From Chiloscyllium plagiosum (taxonomy: Eukaryota), in NCBI RefSeq assembly GCF_004010195.1, contig NC_057720.1, positions 13,657,189-13,721,188 of the forward strand: a stretch of DNA of 64,000 nucleotides, given 5' to 3'. This document shows positions 25,700 through 38,600 of this stretch, piece after piece. The stretch's first letter is position 1. The number at the start of each line of letters is the position of its first letter. Under the pieces are notes generated by a model, which worked only from the letters and a program-made list of their open reading frames with translations, did no database searches and was not told the DNA's origin. The position numbers were made by a program, and so were the translations under genes.

Positions 25700-26385
25700 A
25701 TAATCTCCTGCGCCCCCAATACCTTCCGCCATCTTCAAGGCACAAGTCAGGGATGTGATGAAATTCTTTCCACTTGCCTGGAATGAATGCAAATTCACAA
25801 CACTCCAAACACGTGACACCATCTAGGGCAAAGCAGCCTGTTTGATTGGCACTTTATCCACCACCTTCGACATTCATTCCCTTCACCATAGCTGGCAGCA
25901 ATGTGACCTATCTAATAGCAGCACCATGTACCATCTACAAGAAGCACTGCAGCAACTCACTGAGCATCCTTCAAAAGCACCTTACAAACCCACAGTCGCT
26001 ATCACTGAGGAGAAGAAAGGCAACAGGGGAAAGGGGAGGAATGACAAGCCCTGACTGTTCCTGGTCCCAGTCCGAGCGCAGCAAGCTTGCTAGAGCCCCA
26101 GGCTCTGGCCATTGGGCCCTGACTCCCATTTTGTCCTGGGCGTTGCTGTCATCTGCAAGTTCCCCTTCAAGTTTCATACCATCTTCACTTGAACTAAAAG
26201 ACTGTTCCTTTGCTGTTACTGGGTCAAAACCCTGAAACTCCCTTCCCAAAAGCATTGGTTCTGTCTCTAATTCCCAAGGGTTGTAGCAGTTCATTGATGC
26301 AGTAAATCACCCCCTTTTCAGGGGCAATTAGGGATGGGCAAGAAATGCTGGATTCGTCAGCAATGCCTTCATCAATGAATGAAAA
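25700..26385 (+). mobile_element. LINE family B 3' fragment with internal insertion
   Basis: Aligns by eye with 21980-22508, except for 26030-26152. Confidence 0.75.
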
Positions 26386-26470
26386 TATTAAAATCACCAA
26401 AATTCAATGCCTCAGCCAATTGACTATAAACTCGTAAAAATAAAAAGAGGAACACACAGCAATCTGATCA

Positions 26471-26639
26471 ATTCTAGATTAGAGTGGTGCTGGAAAAGCA
26501 CAACGGGGCTTTTGCCCGAAACATCGATTTTCCTGCTCCTCGGATGCTGCCTGAACTGCTGTACTTTTCCAGCACCACTCTAATTGAGAATCTGGTTTCC
26601 AGCATCTGCAGTCCTTGTTTATACCTAGTTGATTTTAAC
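26471..26639 (+). mobile_element. Penelope-derived family 1 insertion, partial fold-back
   Basis: TSD CAATCTGATCA at 26460-26470 and 26640-26650. Confidence 0.75.
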
Positions 26640-26714
26640 CAATCTGATCAGATTGCACTCCCACCTCTACCACCACCTCAACAGTTCATGGTCAACACCA
26701 CTGTACAATCAGGG

Positions 26715-27375
26715 TCATAGAGTCATAGAGATGTACAGCATGGAAACAGACTCTTTGGTCCAACTCTTCCATGCCGATCAGGTATCCTAACCTAATCTAG
26801 TCCCATTTGCCAGCACCCAGCCCATGTCTCTGTAAACCCTTCCTATCCATATACCCATCTAGATGCCTTTTAAATATTGTAATTGTACCAGCTTCTGCTA
26901 CTTCCTCTGGCAGCTCATTTCACAAATGCACCACCCTCTGCGTGAAAAGGTTGCCCCTTAGGTGCCCTTTAAATCTTTCCCTTCTCACCTTAAATCAAAG
27001 CACTCTAATTTTGGATGCCCCTACCCTAGGGAAAAGACCTTGGTTATGCATTCTATGCATGCCTATCGTCACTCCTTTATGTCACTCCTCTTCCCTGACA
27101 CTTGAAGGGACATAGCACCAGCCTACTCAGTCCCTTCCTGTAATGCATATCCTTGAACCCTGGCAACATCCTAGTAAATCTACCTTCCTATAGCAGGGAG
27201 ATCAGATTGAATGGTTAGGCCACTTTTGGAATACTGCAATGTTCTGTACAACCACAACATGACCACCCAACTCCTATACACAATGCACTGACCAATAAAG
27301 ACAAGCGTACCAAATGCCTTCTTTACTATCCTGTCTACTTGCAACTCCATTTGCAAGGAGCTATGAACCTGCAAA
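26715..27375 (-). mobile_element. CR1/HER1-type LINE 3' fragment
   Basis: QVHSSLQ...VDRIVKKAFG and the CR1 3' UTR. Confidence 0.85.
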
Positions 27376-27837
27376 GGTCCCTTTGCTGGGCTATGATTAA
27401 ATGGCTTTCATGGAGCAAATACATAATTGTTGAGGTAAACTTTCCTCTAAGCCATTACCGTGCCATGTGAGAAACATGCTCCATGAGATCAGTCTAACTC
27501 TGGAATATACTGCTGTACATCTCCACAGTACTAATACCTGGGCTAACTGGAGATAGAAAAAAAAAATGAACAAACCTGTTGGATTTTCACCCTCTCTAGA
27601 TGCCCCAAATCACATTACTGTTAACACAGTACTTTTGAAATGTAATAAAGGAAATGCAGAAGCCAATTTGCGCACAGTAAGGTCCCACAGTGAGATAATG
27701 GTTGGATAATGTGCATTTATGACATTCCATGCTGGAGAGCAGAGAGTTGTTCGTTGACAGACGTGGGAGAAATGGAGGGTCAAGGAAGCTAAGGATATAG
27801 TGAGATACTTTAGCTGGTTTGAGACATAGAAAGACCA

Positions 27838-27986
27838 GATTCTGGATTAGTGGCGCTGGAAAAGCACAGCAGTTCAGGCAGCATCCGAGGAGCACTGCTC
27901 GTCGGATGCTGCCTGAACTGCTGTGCTTTTCCAGCGCCACTAATCCAGAATCTGGTTTCCAGCATCTGCAGTCATTGTTTTTACCT
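27838..27986. mobile_element. Fold-back Penelope-derived family 1 element
   Basis: ~60-bp inverted arms with 1 mismatch; TSD ACATAGAAAGACCA at 27824-27837 and 27987-28000. Confidence 0.85.
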
Positions 27987-28239
27987 ACATAGAAAGACCA
28001 TCTTAATAACTTAATTTAATCAACTGTAAAGAGAGAGAGAAAAAGATTAAATATTCAGCAATGATGAATAGAGAGTGAATGTGTTAAATGGAGTATAAGG
28101 AAAGTAATCAAATGTCACATAGCCACCCTTTGAGAAAGATATTGTATTATTCCACATAATTCAAAAGGAAATTCACCACTGCCCCCACCCTAAAGGATTT
28201 ACTGCATTTTAGTTGTAGCTCTCATTGAGAATAATTGTT

Positions 28240-28842
28240 GAAGGAAGCATTTGGTATACTTGCCTTCATTGGTCTGAGCACTAAGTAGAGGAGTTGGGAC
28301 GCCATGTTGTGGCTGTACAAGACACTGGTGAGGCCACTTTTGGAGTACAGCATACAATTCCGTTCACCCTGCTATAGGAAGAATATTATTAAATTGGAGA
28401 GGGTGCAGAAAAAATTTACAAGGATGTCACCAGGACTCGAGGGCTTGAGTTATAAGGAGAAGCTGTCATTGCTTTCACTGGAACGTAGGAGGTTGAGGGG
28501 TGACCTTACAGAGGTGTTCAAAATCATGATGGACATAGATAAGGTGGATAGCAGAGGTTTAGGGATAGGGGAATTCAGAACTGGAAAGCATCGATTTAAG
28601 GTGAGAGGCAAAAATATTTAAAAGGAACTGAGGGGCAGCTTTTTCACACAAAGGGCGGTGTGTAAATGAAAGCGGTAGATGCAGGGACAGTTACATCATT
28701 TAAAAGACATTTGGACAGGGACATGAATAGGACAAGTTTAGAAGGATATGAGCCAAATGTAGGCAAATGGGACTAGTTTGACTTTGGGAAATTTGGTTGA
28801 CGTGGACGATTTGGACTAAAGAGTCTGTTTCCATGCTGTGGC
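28240..28842 (+). mobile_element. CR1/HER1-type LINE 3' fragment
   Basis: ORF 28304-28621 LYKTLVRPLLEY...RRRLRGDL. Confidence 0.9.
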
Positions 28843-30004
28843 TCTTTTTTTCTATTTGAAACTTATGCATTGTGCCTCATGTTGAATTATAAAAGATTCA
28901 ATTATACTGGAATTATGTTAAACCAACTGAGTGAGTTTACAGCATTTAGTCAAACATACAACACAACTGGACAAATTAAACAACCACACTGCAAATATTA
29001 ACTCCCCATCTTACAGTGAGACAGTGCAACCCAATTTCAGTCAGATTATATGGTGATGGTATTAATAGACAATACCAAGATGTTTCATAAAGAAACAAAA
29101 ATGAAGAGAAATAAGATTGGTGTAAGCAATGCTTTGGTGTTTACAGATTCAGACAAAAAGAAAATATAAGAACTTGATGAATTTGTGCAGCACCTTGCAT
29201 CATCTCAGGTTATCCAAAACCATTTTACAACTAACCAAGTGCTTTTGAAGTATGGTATAGGAATTGCCAAATTGCACACAGCAAGAACCCACAATGAGAT
29301 AAATCTAGCATTTTCTTTCTCCTCCATTTTTACATATTGGCTGCCATTATTTGGACCCCACAAGGTGAGGGAAGTTGTATCAATGCAGAATCACTGGTTA
29401 ATTTATCCCTCAGTTAATAACTAGCAGTTCCCTCTCTGGTTCAGATGTTTTAATGTTTTCAGATGATAAAATCATAATTGAGTTTTTTTAAAGAAAAGGC
29501 AACCAAAAGAAATCATCTATCTCTGTTTCTATGAAATTTAATTTGGTTCTCTGGCCACTATCTCACTTGTTTCTTTAGGCTTTTGTTTTTTCTCCTTCCT
29601 GCCTTCTCATGCTGAGGTTTAATGTCATGGATGCCTAATCTGAACAAATCCTGCACACTTTAAAATGGAACTCCAGTTTGGAGGAATGCCAGTGATTTCC
29701 ATATTTCACTGGATTGCCCTTTAAGCTAGTGGTCACCTTTCACCAGTGACTGTAGATCCTCAGTGCTGAACCAACACCAGGAGCAAATGCCACTGTTTTT
29801 ACCCCTTCTGCCTCTTCCCAGATACAATTGTGGAGCTGCCCCCAATCTATGACTCAGGGCACTTAACTTTAAAGCAGGTTTGGGATGTGACCTGCTATCC
29901 TGTTTTATGACATCTTTCAACTCTAAGCAATTGAGAAGCCCTAGACTGAACTTAGTGAAATTACACTGAGCTGCAATCTATGATTCTATGATTCTAGTTG
30001 CATT

Positions 30005-30385
30005 TAGAATCATAGAATCATAGAGATGTAGAGCACGGAAACAGACCCTTTGGTCCAACTCGTCCATGCTGACCAGATATCCCAACCCAATCTAGCCCCA
30101 CCTGCCAGCACTTGGCCCGTATACCTCAAAATCCTTTCTATTCATATACCCATCCAAATGCCTTTTAAATGTTGCAATTGTACCAGCCTCCACCACTTCC
30201 TCTGGCAGCTCATTCCATACACGTACCACCCTCTGTGTGAAAAAGTTTCCCCTTAGGCCTCTTTTACATCTTTCCCCTCCCTTTCCTAAACATATGCCCT
30301 CTAGTTCTGGACTGCCCCATCCCAGGGAAATGACTTTGTCTATTTATCCTATCCATGCCCTTCATGATTTTATAAACCTCTATAA
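30005..30385 (-). mobile_element. CR1/HER1-type LINE 3' end
   Basis: (CTATGATT) tail and 3' UTR on the minus strand. Confidence 0.85.
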
Positions 30386-30841
30386 GTTTCTGCTACTTGG
30401 ATTAAAATATATAAGTGAGTTTCACTGCAGAATCTTTTACTATGTAGGTAACATACCTCTTGTGTTTCAGTGTTAAATAATCAAAAGAAGCTTCTGTCCA
30501 TACATAGCAAACTAAACCAATGAACAAAGGCTGTGCAGTCACATATTTGCCTGCTTTGCACAAAGTGGCAAATACCAACTTGTCTTGAATCACCACTTTT
30601 CCATCAACTAATCTAAGGGTTCACTGAGCTGACATTGACTCCAAGTGTGGATAGTCATCTGGATTAAGCAGATCTTTTTACCTAAAAGGAGTGGAACAGT
30701 CACCATCTCTACATCTTTAAACAGAAGCAGATTATTACAGCAGGACAACTGCTAATTAAAACTGTGCACCCGAAACATAATCATTTATAAAACCATCACT
30801 TTCACCCAAACCACAGCACTGGACATTGGAAGGGATAAAAT

Positions 30842-30880
30842 ACACACACACAGACACAGACACAGACACACACGCACACA
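30842..30880. repeat. Imperfect (CA)n microsatellite
   Basis: ACACACACACAGACACAGACACAGACACACACGCACACA. Confidence 0.85.
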
Positions 30881-31021
30881 TTCAGCTGGGCTTCCTCATG
30901 AGCAGGCAGAGTAAAGAAAGCCTTTTTTTTAATTTCATACATTTTCGGGCAAAAGACAGTTCTGAGTAATTTATTCCCATAATGGGCCATGGTTCGTTAA
31001 TCAATTTAATTTCTAATTGAA

Positions 31022-31107
31022 TCAGATGGATGTAACTCTCTGCAAAATCGTCTCTGAAGAGTCTGTTTTGCTCATCTGTTCAGCTGCGGAAAAGGTTCTG
31101 ACAGGAA
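31022..31107 (-). CDS. Candidate last coding exon (xPVRTFSAAEQMSKTDSSETILQRVTSI*)
   Basis: Strong acceptor CCCTTTTGTTTCCTCCAG; phase-1 frame ends in a class I PDZ-ligand-like T-S-I; repeat-poor, AT-rich downstream DNA. Confidence 0.35.
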
Positions 31108-32230
31108 CTGGAGGAAACAAAAGGGTTTGCATTTCTTTTTACTGTGAGGGTTCGCAAAAGGGGCATATGTCAGTGGAAAAATACAGAATGCACATGGGAT
31201 CGAGCAAAAACAAGGGACATCTGAAAGCCATTATTAAAACATGAAGTGTCTGTAAGTCCATCAAAGAATGTGTAATGTAATATATCTTTTTTGTATTTGG
31301 AACTCAAACCCACTAAATGTGGTTAGTGGAATTGTTAGGGAATGAATCAAATACCTAAAAGTACCATCCTTTCTTGACTAAAGGTCTGATTAGAATCTTG
31401 TCTAAAGGTATGTCTAGAAATATGTGTCTTAAAAAAATTCCAATAGTGCCTCTGTTAAAATTGATTCTTAAAATTCATTCATCCATAGGATGGGAAAGTT
31501 ATTGGCTAGAATAGCATTTGTTTCCCATCCCTAATTTATCTTCAGAAGATGGATTTCGGCCTAGTGATGGTGAAGGAACAGCATTGTGGACTTGTTGGAA
31601 CAGCATTGTCGTTCCAAGTCGGGACGGTGGGAAGCTTCAAGGGGAACTTCCTGAGGTGATTGATCTCCAATAACCATAACTATTTTTGTTTCCGAGGTGT
31701 AGCTACAACCAGTGGCGAATCTTGCTCTGATTCCAATTACCTTCAGTTTTCCCAGGATTCCTTGATGTGATAATTAGTTGATGAGTGCTGTCAATAACAC
31801 CTTCCATCACTTTGCTAATTGTCAAGTGACACAAATAGGCAGCAAGGGCCACAAGTTTACGAAAAATGCATTTCTGGAATTGGTTTCAGCCTGTAACTGG
31901 GTGTGCTGTCACCATGTGATGAATCCACACAGAACTAACTTACTCATATTCACCCTATAATCACTCTGACTCTACTATCAAACAATTATATCGTCTGCAA
32001 TCTTACACTCTTCATAATGATATAAACTATCACAATCTCACACTTTGCACTGTCATATCAGCCCTGATCGCACGAGGGGCGGCTGCATTACCACAAGGTG
32101 GAATTTCTGCGCAGTTTTGACTCCACGGTGAGGGTCATTTTTATTTGACAGTATCCCTGTCTTAAGGTTAGCCTGACGGATATGTTTCCAGTGTGATGGT
32201 GGGGGTGAGGATTGTCTGCTTTGAACATTT

Positions 32231-32366
32231 CTGATGAAGGTCTCATTCCTGATTGCCCAAAATGTCGATTCTCCTGCTCCTCAGATGCTGACTGACCGGC
32301 TGTGCTTTTCCAACACCACATTCTCGACTCTGATCTCCAGCATCTAAAGTCCTCATTTATGCCTGT
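32231..32366 (+). mobile_element. Penelope-derived family 1 insertion
   Basis: Starts with CTGATGAAGG; TSD TTTGAACATTT at 32220-32230 and 32367-32377. Confidence 0.75.
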
Positions 32367-32536
32367 TTTGAACATTTGACAACACTTCAGCCAAAGAACT
32401 GTTAAATTTTGGGGTGAGCTTTGTTGTCAAATACTGAGGTTGACTTGTCAGGATGATGGGTCTAGAGTTCCATTCTTGGTCAAGGCAGACTAAAAGGATC
32501 AAGGTGAAGTTTCAGGTCTGTGGTACATGACGTCAT

Positions 32537-32983
32537 GATTAGATTACTTACAGTGTGGAAACAGGCCCTTCGACCCAACAAGTCCACACAGACCCTCCGA
32601 GGAGCAACCCACCCAGACCCATTCCCCTAGCACTGTGGGCAATTTAGCACGGCCAATTCACCTAACCTGCACCTTTTTACACTGTGGGAGGAAACTAGAG
32701 CATACCCATGCAGACACAGGGAGAATGTGCATACTCCACACAGACAATTGCCTGAGGTGGGAATTGAACCCAGGTCTCTGGTGCTGTGAGGCAGCAGTTT
32801 CTGGATCAGTGGTGCTGGAAGAGCACAGCAATTCAGGCAGCATCCGAAAAGCTCGAAGCTTTCCGGATGCTGCCTGAATTGCTGTGCTCTTCCAGCACCA
32901 CTGATCCAGAATCTGGTTTCCAGCATCTGCAGTCATTGTTTTTACCCTGTGAGGCAGCAGTGCTAACCACCGTGCCACCCTGC
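32537..32983 (-). mobile_element. HE1-type SINE interrupted by a fold-back Penelope-derived element (32799-32946)
   Basis: TSD CTGTGAGGCAGCAGT at 32784-32798 and 32947-32961; ~54-bp inverted arms. Confidence 0.9.
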
Positions 32984-33399
32984 CACCGATCTCAATTACC
33001 TGATGGTAGAGGCAATACAATGATTGTGATGAGTGGGAATGTGCAACAATATGATTGCCTCCACATAGGGTGCAGTGACCCAGCTCAGCACCTCGACCCG
33101 GCCAGATTGAAAGTCTCATGTCTGCAAGCACTTTCTCCTGAGGTGGACACACCCATCTAGGCAATCTCCTTTCTGCCTCCAAGATGAAAATCCAGAGACA
33201 AACAAAAAAACCCAGAAATCGCTGGAGAAACTCAGCACATTTGTCAGCAACTCTGGAGAGAGAAACAGAGTTAACTTTTCAGCGGAATGATGTTGCTTCA
33301 AAACCATTTCCTGCTCTTCATTCAACAATTGATTCTCTGAGAACATAGGCCCCATTCTACTTCTCTCTCATCTCAGGATTCAATCGAATGGATCTTTGG

Positions 33400-33825
33400 T
33401 TAGCACAGTGGCTCAGTGGTTAGCACTGCTTTCTCACAGCGCTAGGAACCTGGCCTAGGGTGACTGTCTGTGTGGGGTTTGCATATTCTCAATGTGGCAT
33501 CAGGATGATTCCTGATGAATGCTTTTGCCCGAAATGTCGATTTTCCTGCTCCTCGGATGCTGCCTGACCTGCTGTGCTTCTCCAGCACCACTCTAATCTA
33601 ATCTAATCTATTCTCCACGTGACTGTGCGGGTGGCTCCGGTTTCCTTCCACAGTCCAAAGATGTGCAGGTTAGATGAGTTGGCCATGCTAAATTTCCCAT
33701 AGTATTCAGGGGTGTGTAGGTTAGATGCATTAGTTAGGGGAATGGGTCTGGGTGGGTTACTCTTTGGTGGGTCAGTGTGGACTTGTTGGGTCAAATGGCC
33801 TGTTTCCACACTGTAGGGATTCTGT
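33400..33825 (+). mobile_element. HE1-type SINE interrupted by a family 1 Penelope-derived element (~33500-33608)
   Basis: SINE head and body are separated by TTCCTGATGAA...GCCCGAAATGTCG...CACCACTCTAATC. Confidence 0.8.
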
Positions 33826-34601
33826 GAGCCTCTATTGCACCACCTTTAAGGAAACTGTATTGTCCTTAACTATAGAGACCAAAACCATATAGAGTATTCT
33901 AGCTGCAGATTCACCAAAACCTTATACAATTGCAGTAAGACTCCATCAATTCTCTTGCACCAAAGAGTTTTGCTTTCTTGATTTCTTCCTGTACTTGCGT
34001 GTTTGCTTTTTGTACTTATGTATAAGAAATCCTATCAACATTAACATTTAATAGTTTCTCACCATTTAAAAGTATTCTGATGTTCTATTCTTCTTACCCA
34101 AATTAATAATCTCCCATTTCCCCACATTCTGCTCAATCTGCCACAGGCTTGTTCACTCACTTCACCTTTTTACATCCCATTGCAGACACTTCATTCCCTC
34201 TGACAACTAAATTTCCAACCTAGTTTTGTATTAGTAGCAAACATGATGCATCATACTTGTTCTTTTCACCTCTGTCACTAACGTAGATTGCAAAAAACTT
34301 AAGTCCCAAAAATGATTCTTACTGCATTCCATTAGTAATAACCTGCTAAATTAAAACTAACTGTTTATTCCTACGCTGTTTTCTTTTCTTGAAACAATCA
34401 TTTATTTTTCTGTAGAAATATCTTCCATATTTCCCCCAGTCCAATGAGCCAAATCTTATGAAATATCCCTACAAGCTGTCCCCAGGTTGTAAGAGAATAA
34501 AAACCAAAGAACTACAGATGCTGGAAATTAGAAACAATAACAGAAATTGCTGGAAAAGGTCAACGGGTCTGGCAGCATCTGTGGAGAGAAATCAGAGTTA
34601 A

Positions 34602-35247
34602 CAACCAGAAACAAGCCAGAAACCCTAACCACCTTACCATACAGCAAAGAAGTATCAGAAATGACAGCCAGACTACTAAGACCCCTCAGAATCCTAGTAG
34701 CTCACAAACCTACCAACACTCTCAAACAAAAACTAATAAACTTAAAAGACTAGTACAACCCAGGGACAAAACCAACGTCATCTACAAAATTCCATGCAAG
34801 GACTGCCACAAACACTACGTAGGACAAACAGGAAGAAAGTTAGCCTCCAGGATACACGAACACCAGCTAGCCACAAAAAGACATGACCCTCTCTCCCTCG
34901 TAGCCCTACACATGGATGAAAAAACCCACCATTTCGACTGGGACAACACATCTATCCTGGGACAGGCTAAGCAAAGACATGCCAGAGAATTCCTAGAGGC
35001 CTGGCACTCCAATCACAATGCCATAAACAAACACATAGATCTAGATGCCATCTATCAACCCCTCAGAAAACGAACAGGAAATGACATCACCACAAACCCC
35101 AGGAACCCCACCAGGACAAACATATAAATAGAAAGCAGGAGACAACAGCTTCGCTTCACTTGGAGGTCGCCACTGATGATGTTACCTAGCCAGGTAATGA
35201 AACGTCTGGATATCAAATCTACAGCTCAGCGATCAAACCTACACCCT
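34602..35247 (+). mobile_element. Penelope-like element (Poseidon-type) 3' part: GIY-YIG endonuclease plus pLTR
   Basis: KTNVIYKIPCKDCHKHYVGQTGRKL..RIHEH...REFLEAWH; one in-frame stop near 34751; TSD AAATCAGAGTTAA at 34589-34601 and 35248-35260. Confidence 0.92.
35170..35209 (+). ncRNA. Minimal type I hammerhead ribozyme in the Penelope pLTR
   Basis: CCA-CTGATGA-T-GTTACC-TAGCCA-GGTAAT-GAAA-CG-TC-TGG. Confidence 0.78.
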
Positions 35248-35527
35248 AAATCAGAGTTAATGTTTTGGGTTGAGTGACCCTTCATTAAACCTGTAAACAG
35301 GTTCTGTTCTGGAGTCCTTTTGGAGTTGGTTTGTATGTAAAGCAGAATAAGCCATTCATAAGAACAGGTAACATTCAAATGTCGGGTTATTAAAATTACA
35401 CCCCTTTGTAAGATCACATTCGTAAGTATGAGCATCTACAAGTTGGATGTTCATAAAACCAGGATCCGCTGTACATGTGGCACTATATTGAATGCTTTTT
35501 CAAAATTTAATGACACTACCTATAAGG

Positions 35528-35846
35528 GGTTGCTCGGTGGTTAGCACTGCTACCTCACAATGCCAGGGACCCGGTTCAATCCCAGCCTCAGGTGACTATC
35601 TGTCTGTGTGGCGTTTGCACGTTCTGCCCTATCTACCTGTGGGTGCTCCAATTTCCTCCCACAATCCAAAGATGTCCAGGTTAGGTGGATTGGCCATGCT
35701 CGGTAGCCCCATAGTGTCCAGGGATGTGCAGGCTGGGTGGATTAGCTCTGGAAAATGCAGGTATTGGGTAAGAGGCATGGGTCTGGGAGGGTTGGTGTAG
35801 ACTCAAGGGGCTGAATGGCCTGCTTCCTCACTGCAAGGATTCTATG
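35528..35846 (+). mobile_element. HE1-type SINE
   Basis: A box, B box and body. Confidence 0.8.
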
Positions 35847-37214
35847 GCTACATTCAGTGCTTCCCTTTAACTACCATGCTAATTACATCCTTTAAAAGTT
35901 TATCAAACCCATGTGGACTCTGCCAAATCATATCATTTTGAAGTGCCTTTCTGCTGGGTCCTTTATTTTGGATTCCAGCTTTTGCTTGGGGAGTGATGTT
36001 AGGCTACTAAGCCAATAGGAACCTCTTTTCAGCCACTGTCCTTTCTGAAGTAGCATTGTTACATTTGGTAACCTTCAAACCTGCTTGGCACCATTCTTGA
36101 GTCTAAGGAATTCTGAATAATCAGAACCAAATGCAATTGTTATCTCTGCAACCACCTCCATTAGAATCTGACTTTGTATGCCTTCAAGCCCAGGGCATTT
36201 CTTATCTTTAAACTCAATCAATTCTTCCAGTACTACTTCTTTAAGAATATGAATTGCTTTAATTCCCTTATTCTCAGAGGGATTTGGTTCTGGTATAGTT
36301 TTCATTTCTTCTACTGGGAAGAAAGGTATAAAATATTTGTTTAACATCTCTGCTATTTCCTGACAACCCAATATAATTTCTCCTTTCCTATAAGGGAACC
36401 ACACTTAATTTTGCAATTCTCTTTTTATTTATCTATTTGTTCAGGCTCTTATAAGCTATTTTAATATTTTAATGTTTTAACATTTCTTGTCAGTTTACCA
36501 ATTTACTCTAGTTTATCCTTCTTTATCCATTTTTGGGTTTTCCTTTGGTTGATTTCAAAAATGGTCAATTCTCAACCTTACTAATAAACTTTGGCTTCAT
36601 TTATAAGCCTGTTCTTTTAATCTAATGCTATCTGATGATACATAGACTAGGAGGCACGGGCTTTAGATTCTCAGGTGATACAGAGGAAGTGGACTGACTG
36701 GATTTATCCACAGGATGGCCTCCTTTTGTGCCGCAATGAATGATTTGCCCCTTCTGGATTCTAGTATTATCTATCAAGATGTCTTTGTGCATATCCCATT
36801 GATGTCTGAGTGTATACGGCACTGAGCAATTGCGTGTAAAAGAGAAATCCCACTCTGGGTGCTCTGCTATGCACAGTCATTTTGTATATGTGTTTTTTCT
36901 TTGAAGTGAACTGACAACAGTTAGGAGTCCCTGTGGGTTAGCAAATGCAACATTATACCCTGCCCTATTGGATGTGTTAAGCAATAACGTAAGGACAGTG
37001 GTAGAAGTGGGAAACTTCCCAGCCTTTAGAAAATCCATGGTTGAGCACTTGAAAGGTAACAGCATTCAAGGCCATGGGCTAAGCACTGCAAAGTGGGATT
37101 GGTGTAGCTAGGTTGGTGTGGAAGGGCCTCTTTTGTGCTGTATGCCTATGACTATCCTTAACCTCTTAGCCACTGATAGATCACTTCTTCTGTTTTTGAA
37201 GTTTTCACATTTTT

Positions 37215-37508
37215 GGGTGGCACAGTGGCACGTAGTTAGCACTGCTGCCTCACAGCGCCAGAGACCCGGGTTCAATTCCCACCTCAGGCGACTGACTGTG
37301 TGGAGTTTGCACAGTCTCCCCGTGTCTGCGTGGGGGTGCTCTGGTTTCATCCCACAGTCCAAAAATATGTGTAGGTTAGGTGAATTGGCCATGCTAAGTT
37401 GCCTGTAGTGTTAGGTGAAGGGGTAAATGTAGGGGAATGGGTCTGGGTGTCTTGTGGGTCGGTGTGGACTTGTTGGGCTGAAGGGCCTGTTTCCACACTG
37501 TAAGTAAC
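37215..37508 (+). mobile_element. HE1-type SINE
   Basis: A box, B box and body. Confidence 0.9.
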
Positions 37509-38024
37509 CTTATTGGACGTATCTTCCTCAACAACTGTGAAATATTTTAAATGTTTGTCATTTCCTTTTAATTTCCTAAGTTACTTCAGGAATTTCCTCT
37601 CAGACCTATGTTATTGGTTTTATTAAGTTTAAGATGCTAGTTTGAGACATGGGCATTTTATCCTTAAGGCCACTCTTCCTTGGACAGCACCTTCCTGAGA
37701 TTAAGAACTAACTCTGTTCAGTTATACTAGACAAGATCAAAAGTGAGTCTGTTCTTTGGTTTGTTATATAAATGGTGGGCAAGGAAATTATCTCCCATGA
37801 CTCCACAAGGTTGTCTTCCATCAACTTTTGTGGATTTGATGCATCCAGTCCATGTGAAGATGAGGATCCCTACGATAGTTATTTCTGGATTCAGACTCTG
37901 TCGAACAGTATCGCCAATTCAAGTGACTTTTCTCCCCAAGGGATTTTCTCAAAAGTTAATTTTTTTTGACATTTACAGACTATTTTTTAAATTTTCACAA
38001 GCTTGTTTATTAGGTGATGATAAA

Positions 38025-38600
38025 ACGTAGGAGCAGAAGGCCACTCTGCCCATCAAGCTTGCTCTGCCATTCATGGAAATTATGCTGATCTGATAATCCT
38101 CAACTCTTGCATTTTCCCTTAACCTTTGATTCCCTATTGATTAAAAATTTATCTTGGCCTTCAACATACTTTGTGACGTTAAAAATCACACAACACCAGG
38201 TTGTAGTCCAACTGCTTTATTTGGAAGCACTAGCTTTAGAAGCGCTGCTCCTTCACACATCCACCTGATGAAGGAGCAGGGCTCCAAAAGCTAGTGCTTC
38301 CAAATAAACCTGTTGGACTATAACCTGGTGTTGTGTGATTTTTAACTTTACCCACCCCAGTCCAACACCAGCACTTCTGCATCATACTTAATGATCCAGG
38401 ATCTACAGCCCTCTGCAGTAAAGAATTCCAAAGATTCACTGTCCTCAGAGAGAAGAAATTTCTCCTCATCTGAGACCTAAACGGGTGACTACTTATTCTG
38501 AGATTCTGCCCTCTGGTCCGAGACTCTTCCACAAGGGTCAACAAACTTGCCAAATTCCCTAAGAATATTGTACATTTCAATAAAATTGCTAACCTTCTGT
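38025..38600 (-). mobile_element. CR1-type 3' end containing a fold-back family 2 Penelope-derived element (~38172-38382)
   Basis: SRTRGQNLRI...RRNFFSLRTVNLWNSL; inverted arms centred near 38260; TSD CATACTT. Confidence 0.8.

Larger units (their letters stand above)
33840..36630 (-). mobile_element. Old CR1-type LINE, fragmented host of nested insertions
   Basis: ORF 36075-36404 (AEMLNKYF..F, KCPGLEGI...ILMEV..EI) plus decayed RT/3' sequence at 33840-34470. Confidence 0.6.
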
